The notes under the pieces are model-generated. The model saw only the letters and a program-made list of their open reading frames with translations, did not search any database and was not told the origin of the DNA. A program made the translations under genes and the position numbers. A stretch of 64,000 bases of DNA from Podarcis vaucheri (lineage: Eukaryota), in the NCBI GenBank assembly GCA_965113315.1, contig OZ220372.1. One strand, written 5' to 3'. Below, one piece after another: positions 26,169-39,441 of this stretch (the first letter of the stretch is position 1; every line of letters begins with the position of its first letter).

Positions 26169-28487
26169 TATCATTGATAATGGTTTCCAAAGCTGTGCAA
26201 ATGTAGGAAATGAGTGGATGTACTGACTAGCAGGGCATTAGCTGCTTTTGAGCTCATTTCTTTTGCTTCTGCTGGGGAAAGTCCTGTTTGGTAAATTGAT
26301 ATCTTTGTGGCCTAAGCTTTTTCAATACACTGTTCAGGTGGAAGGAAACTCTCCCTTTGGAGACCAATAAATATTGTTGCCTGGTTTTCACTGCTTTCAA
26401 ATTCCCCAGTGATTATCACTGGGCTAAATTTCCAAGTCACCCATAAGGTTTTGGTGCACAAATCCTATCAATAGAAATTAAATGCCTAACTCTGATTAGG
26501 TGTCTAGTCTCTACTGATTCTGGAATTCAGATGTGTACTCCTTGGCATTTGTACTCTTGTCTCAAAGGCTATTTGCCTTTCCTTGGGTGATTTTTCAGTT
26601 TCTGGTACCTGTCTCGTTTTTTTTTAGGCGGGGGCCGAACGATGGAGGATTCAGCCATTTTTCAAGCCTCCATGAATGCTTTGTTTAGGAGGGGAGTTAC
26701 CTTCAGTAGAAGAGTGGAGGAGTGCAAAACTGGAGCTGGAGGTACCTTCAGTTGGTTGTTTTTTGCCTCCTCTATACTACAAGAACAGTCACAACCTTTT
26801 CTTTCTTTCTTGAGGTGTAAATCAGCAGTACGGTTCTGTAAGAAATCCTGTGATAGATTTAGGGTACCACCCCATATATTGTGAGGCAGTTTTCAGTTTG
26901 GGTTTTTCTTTTGCTTTTTAGATGGGGAGGATTTCTACAATAGAGTAATCTAAAGGAATTACCTTGCTCTGAACTCCTGCAATTGGATTATAACTTCACA
27001 TATCTTTGTCCTTTGACATTGTTATTTTACGCAAAGTGGGTGGGGCTTGCTCAGGGAAGCGACCACAAATTGTTAGCAGTGCATGCACTGGGGGGGGGGG
27101 GGAAGGAAGAATGGAGAATCACATTTGCCTAAAATAGCTGTAGATAGGTACCTGTTATAGGACATGCTGCTCAACCTTCTGAATTGGGGAAGAGATTATA
27201 AAAATTAGTCATTGCTTGGCTAGTAAAGGTACTTCTGAATGCTCGGTGAATAGTACAAACTGCCAATCAGGTATCCGCAATCAATACATTAGTTTGTTTC
27301 AATTTTTAGACATTTAGTGGTGGTGGTTTAGAGTACTAGTGAATTGTGAAAAACCTACCTGTTTTCAGGTGCTTTTAATGCGTGTGTCAGATCCACGTGT
27401 GCAGATGTTCCATCTGCATACATGTGGACTGCCTCACCTACCTGTCAAAATCCCTTGCTGGAGCAATGATTAACGGAGGGCAAGAGGAGCTTCAGAGAAT
27501 GCTTTGCAAATCACTCTCTGAAGCACATGCCAGCCTGCTTTTAACAGTGTTCCAGGACGTTTAATAGGGAGGGGGCACTCAGAGAGTGGATTGCCGACCT
27601 TCTCTCTGAAGCATCTCCCACCATCATTAAATCTGGAACAATGCTAAAATAAACAGCAGGACCACCTGTTTAGTGCTGAGTTCAGGCAAGCCAGAGAGTA
27701 TGCCTGAACTCAAGAGGAACACTCTCTCTTTGCATTTGAGTAATCCTGATTAGCTCTGGGTCCCCATCAAAGGCTTCCAGCAACCACATGGATTAGGGCT
27801 TACATACACAGAATCCTACAGATGTGTAATCTGTACACAGTAAAAGATATATAGAACATGCTGATAGAACTTAGGTGTGTGGAACTCTACCCATCAAATC
27901 CAAATGTGAAAATCTCGTAGGAGTAGGGTAATCAAGTATAATTTTGATTTTTCGCTGCATGTAAGTGCATCAGAACAACAATCGAATACACACCTACACA
28001 TGCAGTCCACAAGAGGTACAGATTGAACATCTGTATCAACTGAATATACATAGCATTGATAACTAAGCAATAAGCATTGTTCACTGTTTGTGAAATTCTA
28101 TGAATGGATATTGCTGCTTGTTAATATTTGAGGGAGAACCAATTGTTCCAAACTAGAGAGCTAAGCAACTTTTAAACTCCCATTAATTATTACATATGCA
28201 CACTAAGGATAATGAATGAACTCATCGTTGCAATACACAGAAATAGCAAAGATTTCATTTCATTTGATGAAACTGATTAAACTGAGAGAAGATTGGAAGA
28301 AAGTAACTCTTCATAGCATAAAATAAATTAGCAACCAAAATAATGCTTTATAAGAACAACAACATAGTAATATTACATGTTTTAAAACTCTTAAGTAGTT
28401 TTAAATGCTTAAGTTACTATTTCTAAAAGTGAAATTGTTGTGCTTTCTTTCCTTTTTAAAATTGTTAATCTTTCATACTCTTGACAG

Positions 28488-28613
28488 GGTGAATCACCAC
28501 TTGATTTAGCAAAGCAAAGAAAAAATGTTTGGATGATAAACCATCTACAGGAGGCAAGGCAGGCAAAGGGATATGACAATCCATCATTTCTCAGAAAGCT
28601 GAGGGCTGATAAG
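28488..28613 (+). CDS. ZDHHC17: ZDHHC17 exon 8 (GESPLDLAKQRKNVWMINHLQEARQAKGYDNPSFLRKLRADK)
   Basis: acAG/GTGAGA, in frame. Confidence 0.96.
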
Positions 28614-28971
28614 GTGAGAAGAATCTTTACGTGATGACTCATGTAATGTGTTCTTTTAAAAATAATTTCTGACCCTGCTTAGATGACACCCCACTATAAT
28701 TTGTACCAGGAGGTATCAGGAGTCTTGGGTTTATGTGTCTTTCCCATCCCCAAATTTGCCATTCTCCTCTCACTGCAGTGAGAAATGATTGACCAGTCCT
28801 AGGCATCTTGCATTTTTCTGAATCTAGGATCCTTCCTAGCCTTGCAGATAAACCCCTCTTTGTACACATTAAACTTGCTATGAAGTATCTGAGTGTTAAA
28901 ATGAAGCACTAACTTTTTATACAGTTCATAAATATCCAGGTTAATTAATTGTTGTTTGTCTTTTTATGTAG

Positions 28972-29114
28972 GAATTTCGTCAGAAAGTGATGCTGGGAAC
29001 ACCTTTCCTAGTTATTTGGCTAGTTGGGTTTATAGCCGACCTTGATATTGATTCTTGGCTCATTAAAGGACTAATGTATGGTGGTGTTTGGGCTATGGTT
29101 CAATTTCTTTCCAA
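28972..29114 (+). CDS. ZDHHC17: ZDHHC17 exon 9 (EFRQKVMLGTPFLVIWLVGFIADLDIDSWLIKGLMYGGVWAMVQFLS), TM
   Basis: tAG/GTAAGT, hydrophobic TM segments. Confidence 0.96.
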
Positions 29115-30673
29115 GTAAGTATTTAATTAGGGAATATGTTGGAGTAGATAGTTTGGTTTTACATAAAATCCTGACGGATGTATAAAAGCCCCATTCTTGG
29201 GGGGAAATGTTTTACCTAATTCACTCTTCCATGAAATGATTGTTCAGGATAAGCAAAGAAAATTGTGTTTTGATGCCCTTCCATCCTGCCTTCCAGTTAA
29301 TTTATAGGAGACCTGCTGTGCTAGATTGAAGTGGCATTCATATTTTAGCTCTGAGCAAAAAGAACCTTAAATACCACATCAGTCACATTATGAATCATCA
29401 ACTAGTTGTGTTGTATGAAAATGTGTCTGCCTGCCCAACAGTAATGTTTCCTCTTTCACAAACCAAATATTGAAATCCCTCTATAAAATGATTAGCTTGT
29501 TTTCTATAGAAATGAAAATACCCTACTCTTTTATTTCCATAATGTAATGGTCTGCAATAAGTAGACTTATTTAAGGAGGATATCTTAGTATTCAGTGAGT
29601 GGATAAAAAAGACAAGAATTATTACAGGCCTTGCCCAGTTTAGGCATGTTCGAATGACACTTGATTGTGCATATGTGCATGGCTCTGAACCTGGAAGTAG
29701 CCCAAAAACATCACAAAAGGGGTGGGGTTGACTTACATGGGCTCCACTGACAAGCACAGGGTTTTGGAGCAGAAACCCTGTGCAACACAATGATAGCCTC
29801 TATATGCCTCTTAATTTTAATGACTCTAATTTTAATGGCAAAGAGAAATGCATTCGTAGTAAGAACATTATTAAACAAAGAAAGTTTGCATGGTTGAGTA
29901 TCTTAAATTTATTTATTGTCAGTGTAATATAGCACATGTCAGATAAATATTTTAAACACTGGAATCTCTTGTGTAAGTATAAGAGATTATATTACTACAG
30001 CTCATGTTCTGGGTTTGGCTTTTTCTTCAAAGTCTGTTAAAATAACTATCATTTTGAGTTTTGCTGAGAGTGCTGTTCAGCCTTATTTTTAACTGCTGTC
30101 AAAATGTGGCTTTAGAAGAAAACTTTATTTCCAAATCTACTTTGACAAAACACATGCAAGCAGGAGTATGAAACTGTTCTAGACCTGGTTAGGGGACAGC
30201 ACGTGTAATATGTATGCAAGTAACAATTGGGAAAATTGACCTAAAAAGCAAAAATTAGAAACAAACAAACAAACAAAAATCTGTCTGTTCAGGCGGTCAC
30301 GTAGTTTAAATTAATAATTTAATGTAGTGGTTAAGAACATTGGTGAACATGCTTCCAGAGCAGCCTGGTCATCCTGAATTCTGATCATGCATATGTAAAA
30401 TCTTCTTCATTTGAACATTACAAACTGAACAGATTCATGTTCTGAACCTAGTAATTATGAACTCTTGCAACTTTCTGAGGTCTAAAAAAGTGCTTGCTGG
30501 TTGTTGAGTAATTTAGATTATTAAGACCTTTTGTATCAAATGGACAGGTTATTTAAAGCTCTAGTGTTTGTTTCTTTGTTTTTTAAAAATAAGGCTATAT
30601 TTACTTGTTTGTGAATGAGCTGGCACACCCATATTTGAATATGTAATAACCTATTATGCTCTTTGTTTCGCAG

Positions 30674-30774
30674 ATCATTCTTTGATCACTCAATGCATAG
30701 TGCACTGCCCCTTGGAATCTACCTAGCAACAAAATTCTGGATGTATGTGACATGGTTTTTCTGGTTTTGGAATG
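30674..30774 (+). CDS. ZDHHC17: ZDHHC17 exon 10 (SFFDHSMHSALPLGIYLATKFWMYVTWFFWFWN)
   Basis: gcAG acceptor; ends at U12 donor ATATCCTTT. Confidence 0.94.
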
Positions 30775-32590
30775 ATATCCTTTATATTGTGCTCGGCATT
30801 TGAATTTTTTTAATTTTAGTGGGTTATATTCCAGTGCTCACATTCAAGAAAATTAAGAGGCTAGAATTTTAAGAAATTGAAGTTTTAGCAAGAGGATGTG
30901 GGAGTTTTATGGTTCAGACTGGTCATGGGAAAGGGTTAAGGGACTTCAGTGAAGCTGAAGCAAGAGACAAGCGAACATGGGAGGGAGTGAAGCATGACAG
31001 TAAGTAAAAGGGGAATGGGCCAAATGGAACAAGTAAAAGCAGATAGTAGGACATACAGATTGAGGGGACAGTTTTTACTAATTACATAAGGCAGGGATGG
31101 GGAATCTGTTGTTGGATTCCCATTATCCCCAGACAACATGGTTAATTGTGTGTGTGTATGCCCATTAGTTAAATTACTCACAAGCTCACAGGTTTTACTG
31201 ATTTGTGGCAAAATAAGTTAAAATAAGATGTTTTTGAACAAGTCCTTAAACCTAGCAATATTTAGTCCTAGCCTTCTACCCCCTTGCTTTCAATCTCTTC
31301 ATTTTCTTTGGCTCTACATAAGTGTTTCCTTCTTGCTCATGTTGACTTTGCTTTCTCAGTAGCGGTGCTGATTGTCATATCCCAATTACTGGCTCCTTCT
31401 GAAGTTAATATTTATGAACATTTAATGACATTATAGCAGAGTACAAGTAGACACTACATTTGCGATGTGGGTGCTGCCAGAACAGTCCCCTCTAAATCCT
31501 ACATGTCAGTTTACTTTAACTGATTAATGTTGCCAGCCTCAATTATTAGTTCTTCTAGCCATTCAAGTTCTGCTGTCAGTCAGCTTGTCTGCAACTTGTT
31601 AGAAAAAAATATATGGCATGTGCTCTGTTTTATAGAATGAAGTAGAAAAATTGTGGTCAGGGTAAGAATTTATTCTCATATGTCTTACAGTTTGATGAAA
31701 TCAATTGCATCAGAGAACAGTGCCTTCTTTCTTCTCAGTAGGAAGAATAATGTGACATCTGACTAAATGTCTCTGTAGCAGCCTTTTATAAATCTGCTTC
31801 TGGAATATGTTTTGATCAGAAATAAAAGGGCATCCAGATTGATTAATTTAAATATCTAGAATTGACTTTTAACTTGTCACTAGAATTATGATGAAAAGTA
31901 ATATTTTGTATTTACTCAATGCATTCCACTTGGGACTCTTGAGGTCTGTTTAGTTATTTCTGTGCTGTCTAGGATTGCCTTCTAACCTTGCATCGAAACA
32001 GGCTTTGATACTGCTTTATAAACCTTACATAAGAGGGAATCTGGTTAGCTTCAATAATAGCCTATAACAGCAGGAAAGACAACCTATAAAAGAGAGAAAT
32101 TTGTGTTGGATGATACCATGCGATCCTCCTCAGTACTCTTACATACTTTCCTCACCATTATTAGGATAAAGGGTATGTTGTGCTCTATTCCTGTTAAAGC
32201 AAGTGCTTTTCAAGATGTCTGCATTTCATGTAGCAAAGTCTTCTTAATTTTCCCCACTTATATAAGCTCAGAGGCCCAGCCACAGAGGTAGTTCTGTTAG
32301 CACGTTGTGTAGAGCACTAAAAGCAGGCAAATGTGACCATACAAGGGTAGGGGAGGAACCATCTAATCTCTTCCTTTGGCTTGGACCTATCTCTTGCTTC
32401 TTAGTCACAGGAACATACTGTCCAGTTTTGAAAGCATCTCTCTGTCAAAGGTTTAATGCCAGACAGACAATTAAGGGCATCTAGCTTTTTCATAGTAGAA
32501 CATAATACAGTTTTCTCTGCTAGCTTCTTTTTACTGGTCTAAACATGTGGTTTAGTAATTGAAATGAATGCTGGTACTTATTAAAACATG

Positions 32591-32798
32591 TGGTCATACC
32601 TTGGGTTTTCAAACAGCTTAGTTCTCGAACATTTCGGCTCCCGAATCTGCAAACCCAGAAGTGACAGGACTTGTGTGGCTTCCAGTTGGCCGCAGGAGCT
32701 TCCTGCAGCCAATCAGAAGCCACACTTTGGTTTCGAAATGTTTTGGAAGTCGAACGGACTTCCGGAACAGATTCCTTTCGACTTCCAAGGTACAACTG
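32591..32798 (+). mobile_element. Tc1/mariner MITE, family B
   Basis: GTCATACCTTGG...CCAAGGTACAACTG-TA; shared internal GAAGTCGAACGGACTTCCGGAAC. Confidence 0.8.
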
Positions 32799-33053
32799 TA
32801 CCATATTCTTTTGGGAGCTTTAACTGCATGAGACTTAGACTCAAAAGCCCCGTTATAATGACATTTTTCTACACAAAGGCGATGAAGTCTAATTGAAATT
32901 TATGTCTTGGCTAAATGGGCTTAAGTGACCATGGTTTTCTTTGCATATAACATTAAATCAAGTATGGTTTAATGTGAACATGCAGTGTGCTCCCCCTTCC
33001 TCCTACCAGACTGCTGAGAAACAAGCGCATGGTTTGACTTGGTGTTTTGTCTG

Positions 33054-33476
33054 CAGAGCCGTCTTTCCCATAGGGCTTAGTGGTGCATCACACCAGGGCG
33101 CTGGCCTCTCAGGGGCACCCCAGTGAGTGGGGGAGCTGTGCGGCTTTGCCAGCAGCCTCTTTCCCTGCACGCCCGCCAGCTGTGCCCCACCAACCATATG
33201 GCTGGCGGACATGCAGCTTCCTTCCCAAGCCTCCGTGGGAGGAGAGCGATCCCCACATAGGGTTAGGCTGGAAGTTGTGCCCCACCAACCATATGGTTGG
33301 CGGGGCGCAGCTTCACTCCCAAGCCTCTGCGGGGATTGCTGTCCCACAGCTGCATGGGGGAGAGCCCCCCCCATGGCTGGCAGTGCATCTGCGTGTGCAC
33401 CCCCACTATCTGTAGTAATTTGGGGCGCTGGGCGGAAATTTGCACCCCAGCACCGCATCTGCTAAAGACTGCCCTG
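33054..33476. mobile_element. Non-autonomous hAT element inside the U12 intron
   Basis: TIR CAGAGCCGTCTTT / TAAAGACTGCCCTG, 8-bp TSD TTTGTCTG/TTTGTCTT, internal repeat CCACCAACCATATGG. Confidence 0.82.
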
Positions 33477-34781
33477 TTTGTCTTAATCTGAGGTTACAGT
33501 TTGTTTCTGTCCAAACAACCTATGTATGTAAAGCCAGGAACAAGCCTTGGTAACGGCTCATGGCTTGTTTGAGAGAAACAGATCATGAATCCGGATCTGG
33601 ACATAACGCATAGCAGCATGGCAGGAACAAGCATGGAATGAAGCACCCATAGTTTCAGCCGTGTTGCACCAACATCCTGTGTGTAGGCACTAATGTGCAA
33701 ACCAGGCTTGTAAGTTTAAGGCTCATTGTTTTCTTGATGTCAGTATTTTGTTGATGATCTGCAGCAACACAGTGGTTTTCAGGCTTTCTAACTTTAGGGA
33801 ACTCTTTCCCACATTGATTTAAGTGCTATGGAACCCCTTTACATATGCTAAAAATATTTTCCAATGTGTCATATTTGTACTTGAAACTGATGGGTTACCA
33901 TTGAAATTTGTGATGTTAGCTAAATAGGTTTTAAGTGTTTGTGTTTAGAGCTTACCATTCCCTTGGCAATGGAGTGTATAAGTGCTAAGGCACTGAAGCA
34001 GAAAAGGTGCTACTGGGGCCATTTGTAATTTCATGGTAGAAAATATTTAAATCTGTTAAAATATAATTAGCTTTTACTATGTGCAAATTAATGTGAAGAA
34101 AATACAGATACCTAGGTATTAACAAAGTTAACTTCAAACTGTGAAGCAGCTGGAATTCAAATACTGGGGGGGGGGGGGAAATCCAAGGGTCTGCAATTTA
34201 TTCCAACACTTTCATTTCCAGGTAAAGTACATGTTCCTTTTTTCAGTAAATTATTAAGAGGGGAAGAAGAGGAGGAATCTTTAACATGGATGTAATCCAT
34301 CCCCCCAAAAGAGTTTATTATTGTATTCATCATTCCCTGTATAATCTCTTTATTATTATAGAGTGTTTTTTGTGATTTAGCTGGAATTTCAGGCCACTAA
34401 TAGGCATAAACAGTAAAAAATATATTAAAATTGTTGACTATTTGAATGTTTTGTGTCAGAAAATGATTTAAAGAGATACAAAAGCTGCAATCCTAAACAC
34501 ATTGACTAGGAAATAAGCTCAACTGAATTCAGACTTTTGAGAGAACATGTATAATGTTGCACTGTTAATTTTGGAGCTATCGAACAAATTAAGACAAGAT
34601 GATACACTTGAACAGCATATAATGACAAAAAAGGATTATTAAATGTCTTGACATGCATCTAGTACATTCCCTGTTAAATGCATTAGCAACAAAAAAATAT
34701 ATTGCAGAATTCTATTATTTTCAAATAATAATTATTTTTAACAGGAAAGAAAACATATTTAAATTCCTTAACATTTAATAC

Positions 34782-34906
34782 ATCTAAATTTTGTGTTCAT
34801 CCACCTTCCATTTCTTGCTAATAGTGTTGCACTTTTCTACAATTTTGGAAAATCTTGGAAATCAGACCCAGGAATAATTAAAGCCACAGAAGAACAAAAG
34901 AAAAAG
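34782..34906 (+). CDS. ZDHHC17: ZDHHC17 exon 11 (DLNFVFIHLPFLANSVALFYNFGKSWKSDPGIIKATEEQKKK)
   Basis: AC acceptor, GTAAAA donor, DPG motif. Confidence 0.94.
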
Positions 34907-35220
34907 GTAAAAAGCAAAACAGTCCATTCTTGTTAATGGTTGAAGATGTTGTTTAGATTTTCTGTGTACACACTCAAAGTGTTTTCTAATCAAAGCAATT
35001 ACAGGAAAGTGTCCCCCACCCAGCCTCCCGTAGAGGGGCACAGGGGGCTGCAGAGGAGACAGAGAGTTGCTGAAAATTGTTTCTGTCTCTGTTTTGCCAA
35101 GTTGTTCCATTTAAGAACATCAGAGGTAATTGTAGTCTAAGCAGAGTGAATGCTTTGCTACTGAGAAATCTGCTGAGGTCATCCAGATATTTCTGGTGTT
35201 TGTTTAAAACGTACGCGTGC

Positions 35221-35244
35221 GTGTGTGTGTAGATACACACACAT

Positions 35245-35298
<54 letters not shown>
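35221..35298. repeat. Compound (GT)/(CT)/(CA)n microsatellite
   Basis: (AC)20 at 35259-35298. Confidence 0.92.
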
Positions 35299-35303
<5 letters not shown>

Positions 35304-36054
35304 CTCAAGTATGCATCTTAACTTCCAAGAAATAATTGTGGAAGGAGTTGTGGCACCTTGAAGGTTAAGCCCAGACAGATTACTCATCACATGGTGTAAT
35401 TGTTTTTGGACCAGTTGAAAATGAAGCTGAAGATGTCATCCTTGAAAGGAAACCAGCATGTCCAGAAAAAGACTAGGCTGTAGACTCTCCTTCCTGATAT
35501 AGTGTTCTGTGTATTGGGAGATTTTAATGTATCCCAGCTATCCTCTTTATGTCACCGCAGCAGAACATAGGGTGGTAGTAACGGCTTCAAACTGAATGCA
35601 AGGGGATACATTTTTGAGATTGGAAAGGATATGCCCGTTACTGGAGCAGGCCAACTGCCCTAATGCTGGTGCAATCTTGAGAAGCAGCCAGAAACTAATG
35701 ATCTTGCTGCTGGATAGAGTCCCCTTGTATCTTAGAGGCAATTGGGGCAGAACCAATTACACATGTGTGTTTATGTAGGCTCTAATGGTGCCGAATTTCT
35801 TTGATGTGAATAAAATGGCATTAAGATATTTTTGTCCAAGCTTGAGATGGTGTTAAACTAATCGGAGTGTGTTAATAGAAGTTGGGATTTCAAGTGGGAT
35901 AGCTTTTGCAGCAAAAACAGCCAAGAATCTCCTGGCACCTTAAAGGCTAACAAATTGTTTTATGACATAAGTTTGTTGACTAGAGTCGACTTATGAAGCA
36001 TGTATGAATATGGTTCTTAAATGATTAAATATTCTTATTTTTTCTTTTCTGCAG

Positions 36055-36117
36055 ACAATAGTGGAACTTGCAGAGACAGGAAGTCTGGACCTCAGTATAT
36101 TCTGCAGTACCTGTTTG
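36055..36117 (+). CDS. ZDHHC17: ZDHHC17 exon 12 (TIVELAETGSLDLSIFCSTCL)
   Basis: long polypyrimidine tract plus cAG, GT donor, CxxC start of CRD. Confidence 0.95.
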
Positions 36118-37970
36118 GTAGTATGCTTTTTTGCTTACATGTAATTAAATTACCAATTTTAACATCATGTCTGTTTAGAAAATGAGTGTATTCTTTGACC
36201 TTGCGATATTCATACAGGGTATAAGTGAGCCTCTGCCAACTAAAATACTAAGCCAGTATTTGGGCATATGAATGCCATGCTTCCTAGGAATAAGAAAAGG
36301 CAAGTCCATAGTGTGGTTGTGATGGATCCAGAAGAAAGCAGGAGATCAAAATTCCTTCCTGGAGTCCCTGTCCCACCGAGTTAGGACTCTGTATTCCAGT
36401 GGGATGTCCTTGACACAAGTTCAGATGGATTTGGGTAGAAGCTTAACTTAAAACACCCACAGGTTTTTATATCAAAATACAGTGGCTCTCTTAAGTCAGT
36501 ATAGAAATCTGGGCAGCAGGCTGTTCCAGGCCTTCAAATAGAAAAATATATGTTCTAGTACACTAGGTGTTGCCACTCGCTGTGGTAAGACTTCCCACTA
36601 CCAAAGTATTTAGCAGGAGCAATACAAGAGTTCCTAGTAATTCTTAAAGTTATTGTTGTTCCTATGTATCTTAATGACAATCCTTGATTAGAATCCTAAA
36701 AATAGGAGAGAGAACAGGACTACTTCAGATTGTGACTAAATCAAACAAGTGCATAGATCTCTGAGTGTAGAGCAAAATGAAAATACTTCCATTAACGACT
36801 TCAGATTAAATTTACAGTGCCATTTTAGATACACACACCTCGTATACTGGATTTTTTGTAGGAAATTTAGTTGTTCAGTTTGTGGTGTGTATAAAGTAAA
36901 TATCAACATTAGTTATTATCAACTGTCACTTCAGTAAAAGTTTTGCCTTATCTAAAACATCTGTAATGAAGTAAGCAGAATGAGCTTTATATAATAATGT
37001 TCTCAAAATATACAGGAATTGTGAGATTGTTATGATACATTTATATTCCTATCCAGAATCTAAATACGTGCAACTCTGGACTCTTTAATATAAAACCTTT
37101 AAAACTAAATACCATATATCATGCTGCATAAATTATTTGCTACTATAATGGTATTTAAAAACTTGTTGCTCTGTATGAAAATATTTTAAGAACTTGAGAT
37201 ATGGTGAAACGTAAGTGTTCTCTTACTTTGGGACATTGATGAGATAGTCTTGACTACAGATCTGAGTACTTTGTATTTCAGACAAATTGTTTATTACTTG
37301 ATAGATACACTATTTTTAAAATGCAAATGTTAAATGTTGTAGGTGTCATTCTCAAGATAAAATGTCTTTTTTGTGCTAACATTTGTTTTGATGAAATGTT
37401 TTCACCGACAGCATTACAGCAGTGTTATGCTCAGTTTTTTCTGTATGGAATACAAATTATTTATGCATCCACCCATAAGTAACTGATCTAACTGCAGACG
37501 ATAAAAATCACCAAAATACTTAATCTTTTGTAAACTCTGCAAGCTTTTCCATCAGTATCGTCATCAGTTTCTTTGATCTCTAATTCAGAGTTTCACTGTC
37601 AGCAGTAAACAGAATGGTGGGAAATTCTGTTTTGCAATGGAAAGGAGAATTTTTTTGTTTCAATTTAATTGAGATTGGTAATTGCAAATGCTGTAAGACT
37701 TGTGTATAGTATATAAGACTTGTCCAGTGGGTGTTGGTGACAAATACAAAGCTTCCATTTAGAGGAAAGTTAAAGTAAGGGAAGTATGTTTTTGCTAGGT
37801 GAAGCTAGAACCACAGGCTCCATGTGGTTACATTCTTAAATTCTTGGTATCATGACATGCATGAGTAGTAGAAGCAACAACAATAGCAACATTGTGTTCA
37901 AAATTCATATTAAAGATTGATAATATGAAAAGCAGGTTACATTGTATGCATATAAAAATCTGTTGAACAG

Positions 37971-38064
37971 ATACGGAAACCAGTGAGGTCCAAACACTGT
38001 GGTGTGTGCAATCGATGTATAGCCAAGTTTGATCATCACTGCCCCTGGGTTGGTAACTGCGTAG
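37971..38064 (+). CDS. ZDHHC17: ZDHHC17 exon 13, catalytic DHHC ([31 protein letters not shown])
   Basis: DHHC codons at 38031-38042; AG/GTAAGT. Confidence 0.98.
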
Positions 38065-38951
38065 GTAAGTATTGATAAGGAATAGAAAATTTCCATCGCA
38101 TTTAGCTTTCAATCTGAAATAGTGTGAGCATTTAGCATAGCATGGTTTCTTAGTATTCATGTATTCACCACTGCTATCAGACCAAGAAGATGCCAAAATA
38201 AATAAATTATACTATAGTTAAGAAGCATAAACAAGCTCAGCTAGCCTCCTGACCTCCAGCAGTCTTCGTCACTAGGAGCTAAAGCAGTATAGCAAATGAA
38301 TACAGCAGAGAGCAGGGTTGTTGTTTTTTGTGGGAATGCAGATTTTTCATGTGAATGTTTGGTAGGTGATCTTGAAGCAAGTATGGTCACAAATCTTAGT
38401 GACTGTGAAGCTAAGACACAGTCTTTAAGTCTTTTGCATTTGAAGCACTTCCAGCTGGATTCATCTCATCAGAATGCCTGAGCATTTTTAGAGAACTGAT
38501 TTGATATAGTGTTGGTCTTTTTTTCTTTTACAGTTTTATGATGCATTAATAGTTTTATTGTGTAGCACTTTCATTTTTTTTGAGTTTGTGGTTTATAAAT
38601 ATTCAAATAAATAAATTTCAGGGTAATATTAGTATTCATAAACAAATGAAATAGTTTTATTTTGGAGGAGAAAAGGTCAGCTTTATATTGTATATTTGCA
38701 TATTTATGCTCACTTACTCATTTACTTCTTGAATACTTCCCAATTCTTTCCCCAGGGGAGCTTGTGCTTTATTTGCAAAGCATGTGATGAACTGCATTGC
38801 CGTGCTGAAATAAGATTCTTCTAGACTCTTCTAGTCTTGTGGCAGAGAAAGCTATGCTTTATATATTATGTATTACTAGAAGCACCCTTTCTGGTCTCTT
38901 GTTAAAACGGCATTAAAAGTGAATACATTTACTTCCATTCTTTCTTCTCAG

Positions 38952-39035
38952 GAGCTGGCAACCATCGTTATTTCATGGGCTATCTATTCTTTTTACTATT
39001 CATGATTTGCTGGATGATTTATGGATGTATCTCTT
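38952..39035 (+). CDS. ZDHHC17: ZDHHC17 exon 14 (GAGNHRYFMGYLFFLLFMICWMIYGCIS)
   Basis: tcAG/GTGAGT, NHRYF motif. Confidence 0.96.
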
Positions 39036-39224
39036 GTGAGTATTGTTTCCTGAACCATTTTCTTAATGCCTAGTTTAAGTCCTACTGTGCCTGCAATGTT
39101 CTGTGTGAACATTGACCTATACCTTGATTGTTGCCTGGTAGGGTTTTTCTTTTCTCATAAAAAATGTTTTTGGAAATGTTCCCCATGCAACATGCCCTGT
39201 ATTCTGCAGGCTCATGTTCAGGAA

Positions 39225-39266
39225 CATTTTCTAATCCAATGATATCATTTTCTAATCCAATGATAC
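39225..39266 (+). repeat. 21-bp tandem duplication upstream of exon 15
   Basis: CATTTTCTAATCCAATGATA(T/C) x2. Confidence 0.9.
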
Positions 39267-39283
39267 GTATTTTTTAATTCCAG

Positions 39284-39441
39284 ACTGGGGAATCCACTGT
39301 CACACTACTTACACAGCAGATGGATTTTGGACATATATTACACAAATAGCCACCTGTTCACCTTGGATGTTCTGGATGTTTTTGAATAGCGTGTTTCACT
39401 TCATGTGGGTGGCTGTGCTGCTAATGTGTCAGATGTATCAG
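39284..39441 (+). CDS. ZDHHC17: ZDHHC17 exon 15 (YWGIHCHTTYTADGFWTYITQIATCSPWMFWMFLNSVFHFMWVAVLLMCQMYQ)
   Basis: ccAG/GTAGGA, in frame. Confidence 0.96.

Larger units (their letters stand above)
30775..34781 (+). other. U12-type (minor spliceosome) AT-AC intron 10 of ZDHHC17
   Basis: 5' ATATCCTTT; branch site TTCCTTAAC 34764-34772; terminal AC 34780-34781; junction gives G|AT (Asp) in frame. Confidence 0.93.

Noticed and set aside
33003-33491. Overlapping ORFs with repeated NHMVGGAQL
   Set aside because: Internal repeats of a GC-rich hAT element.
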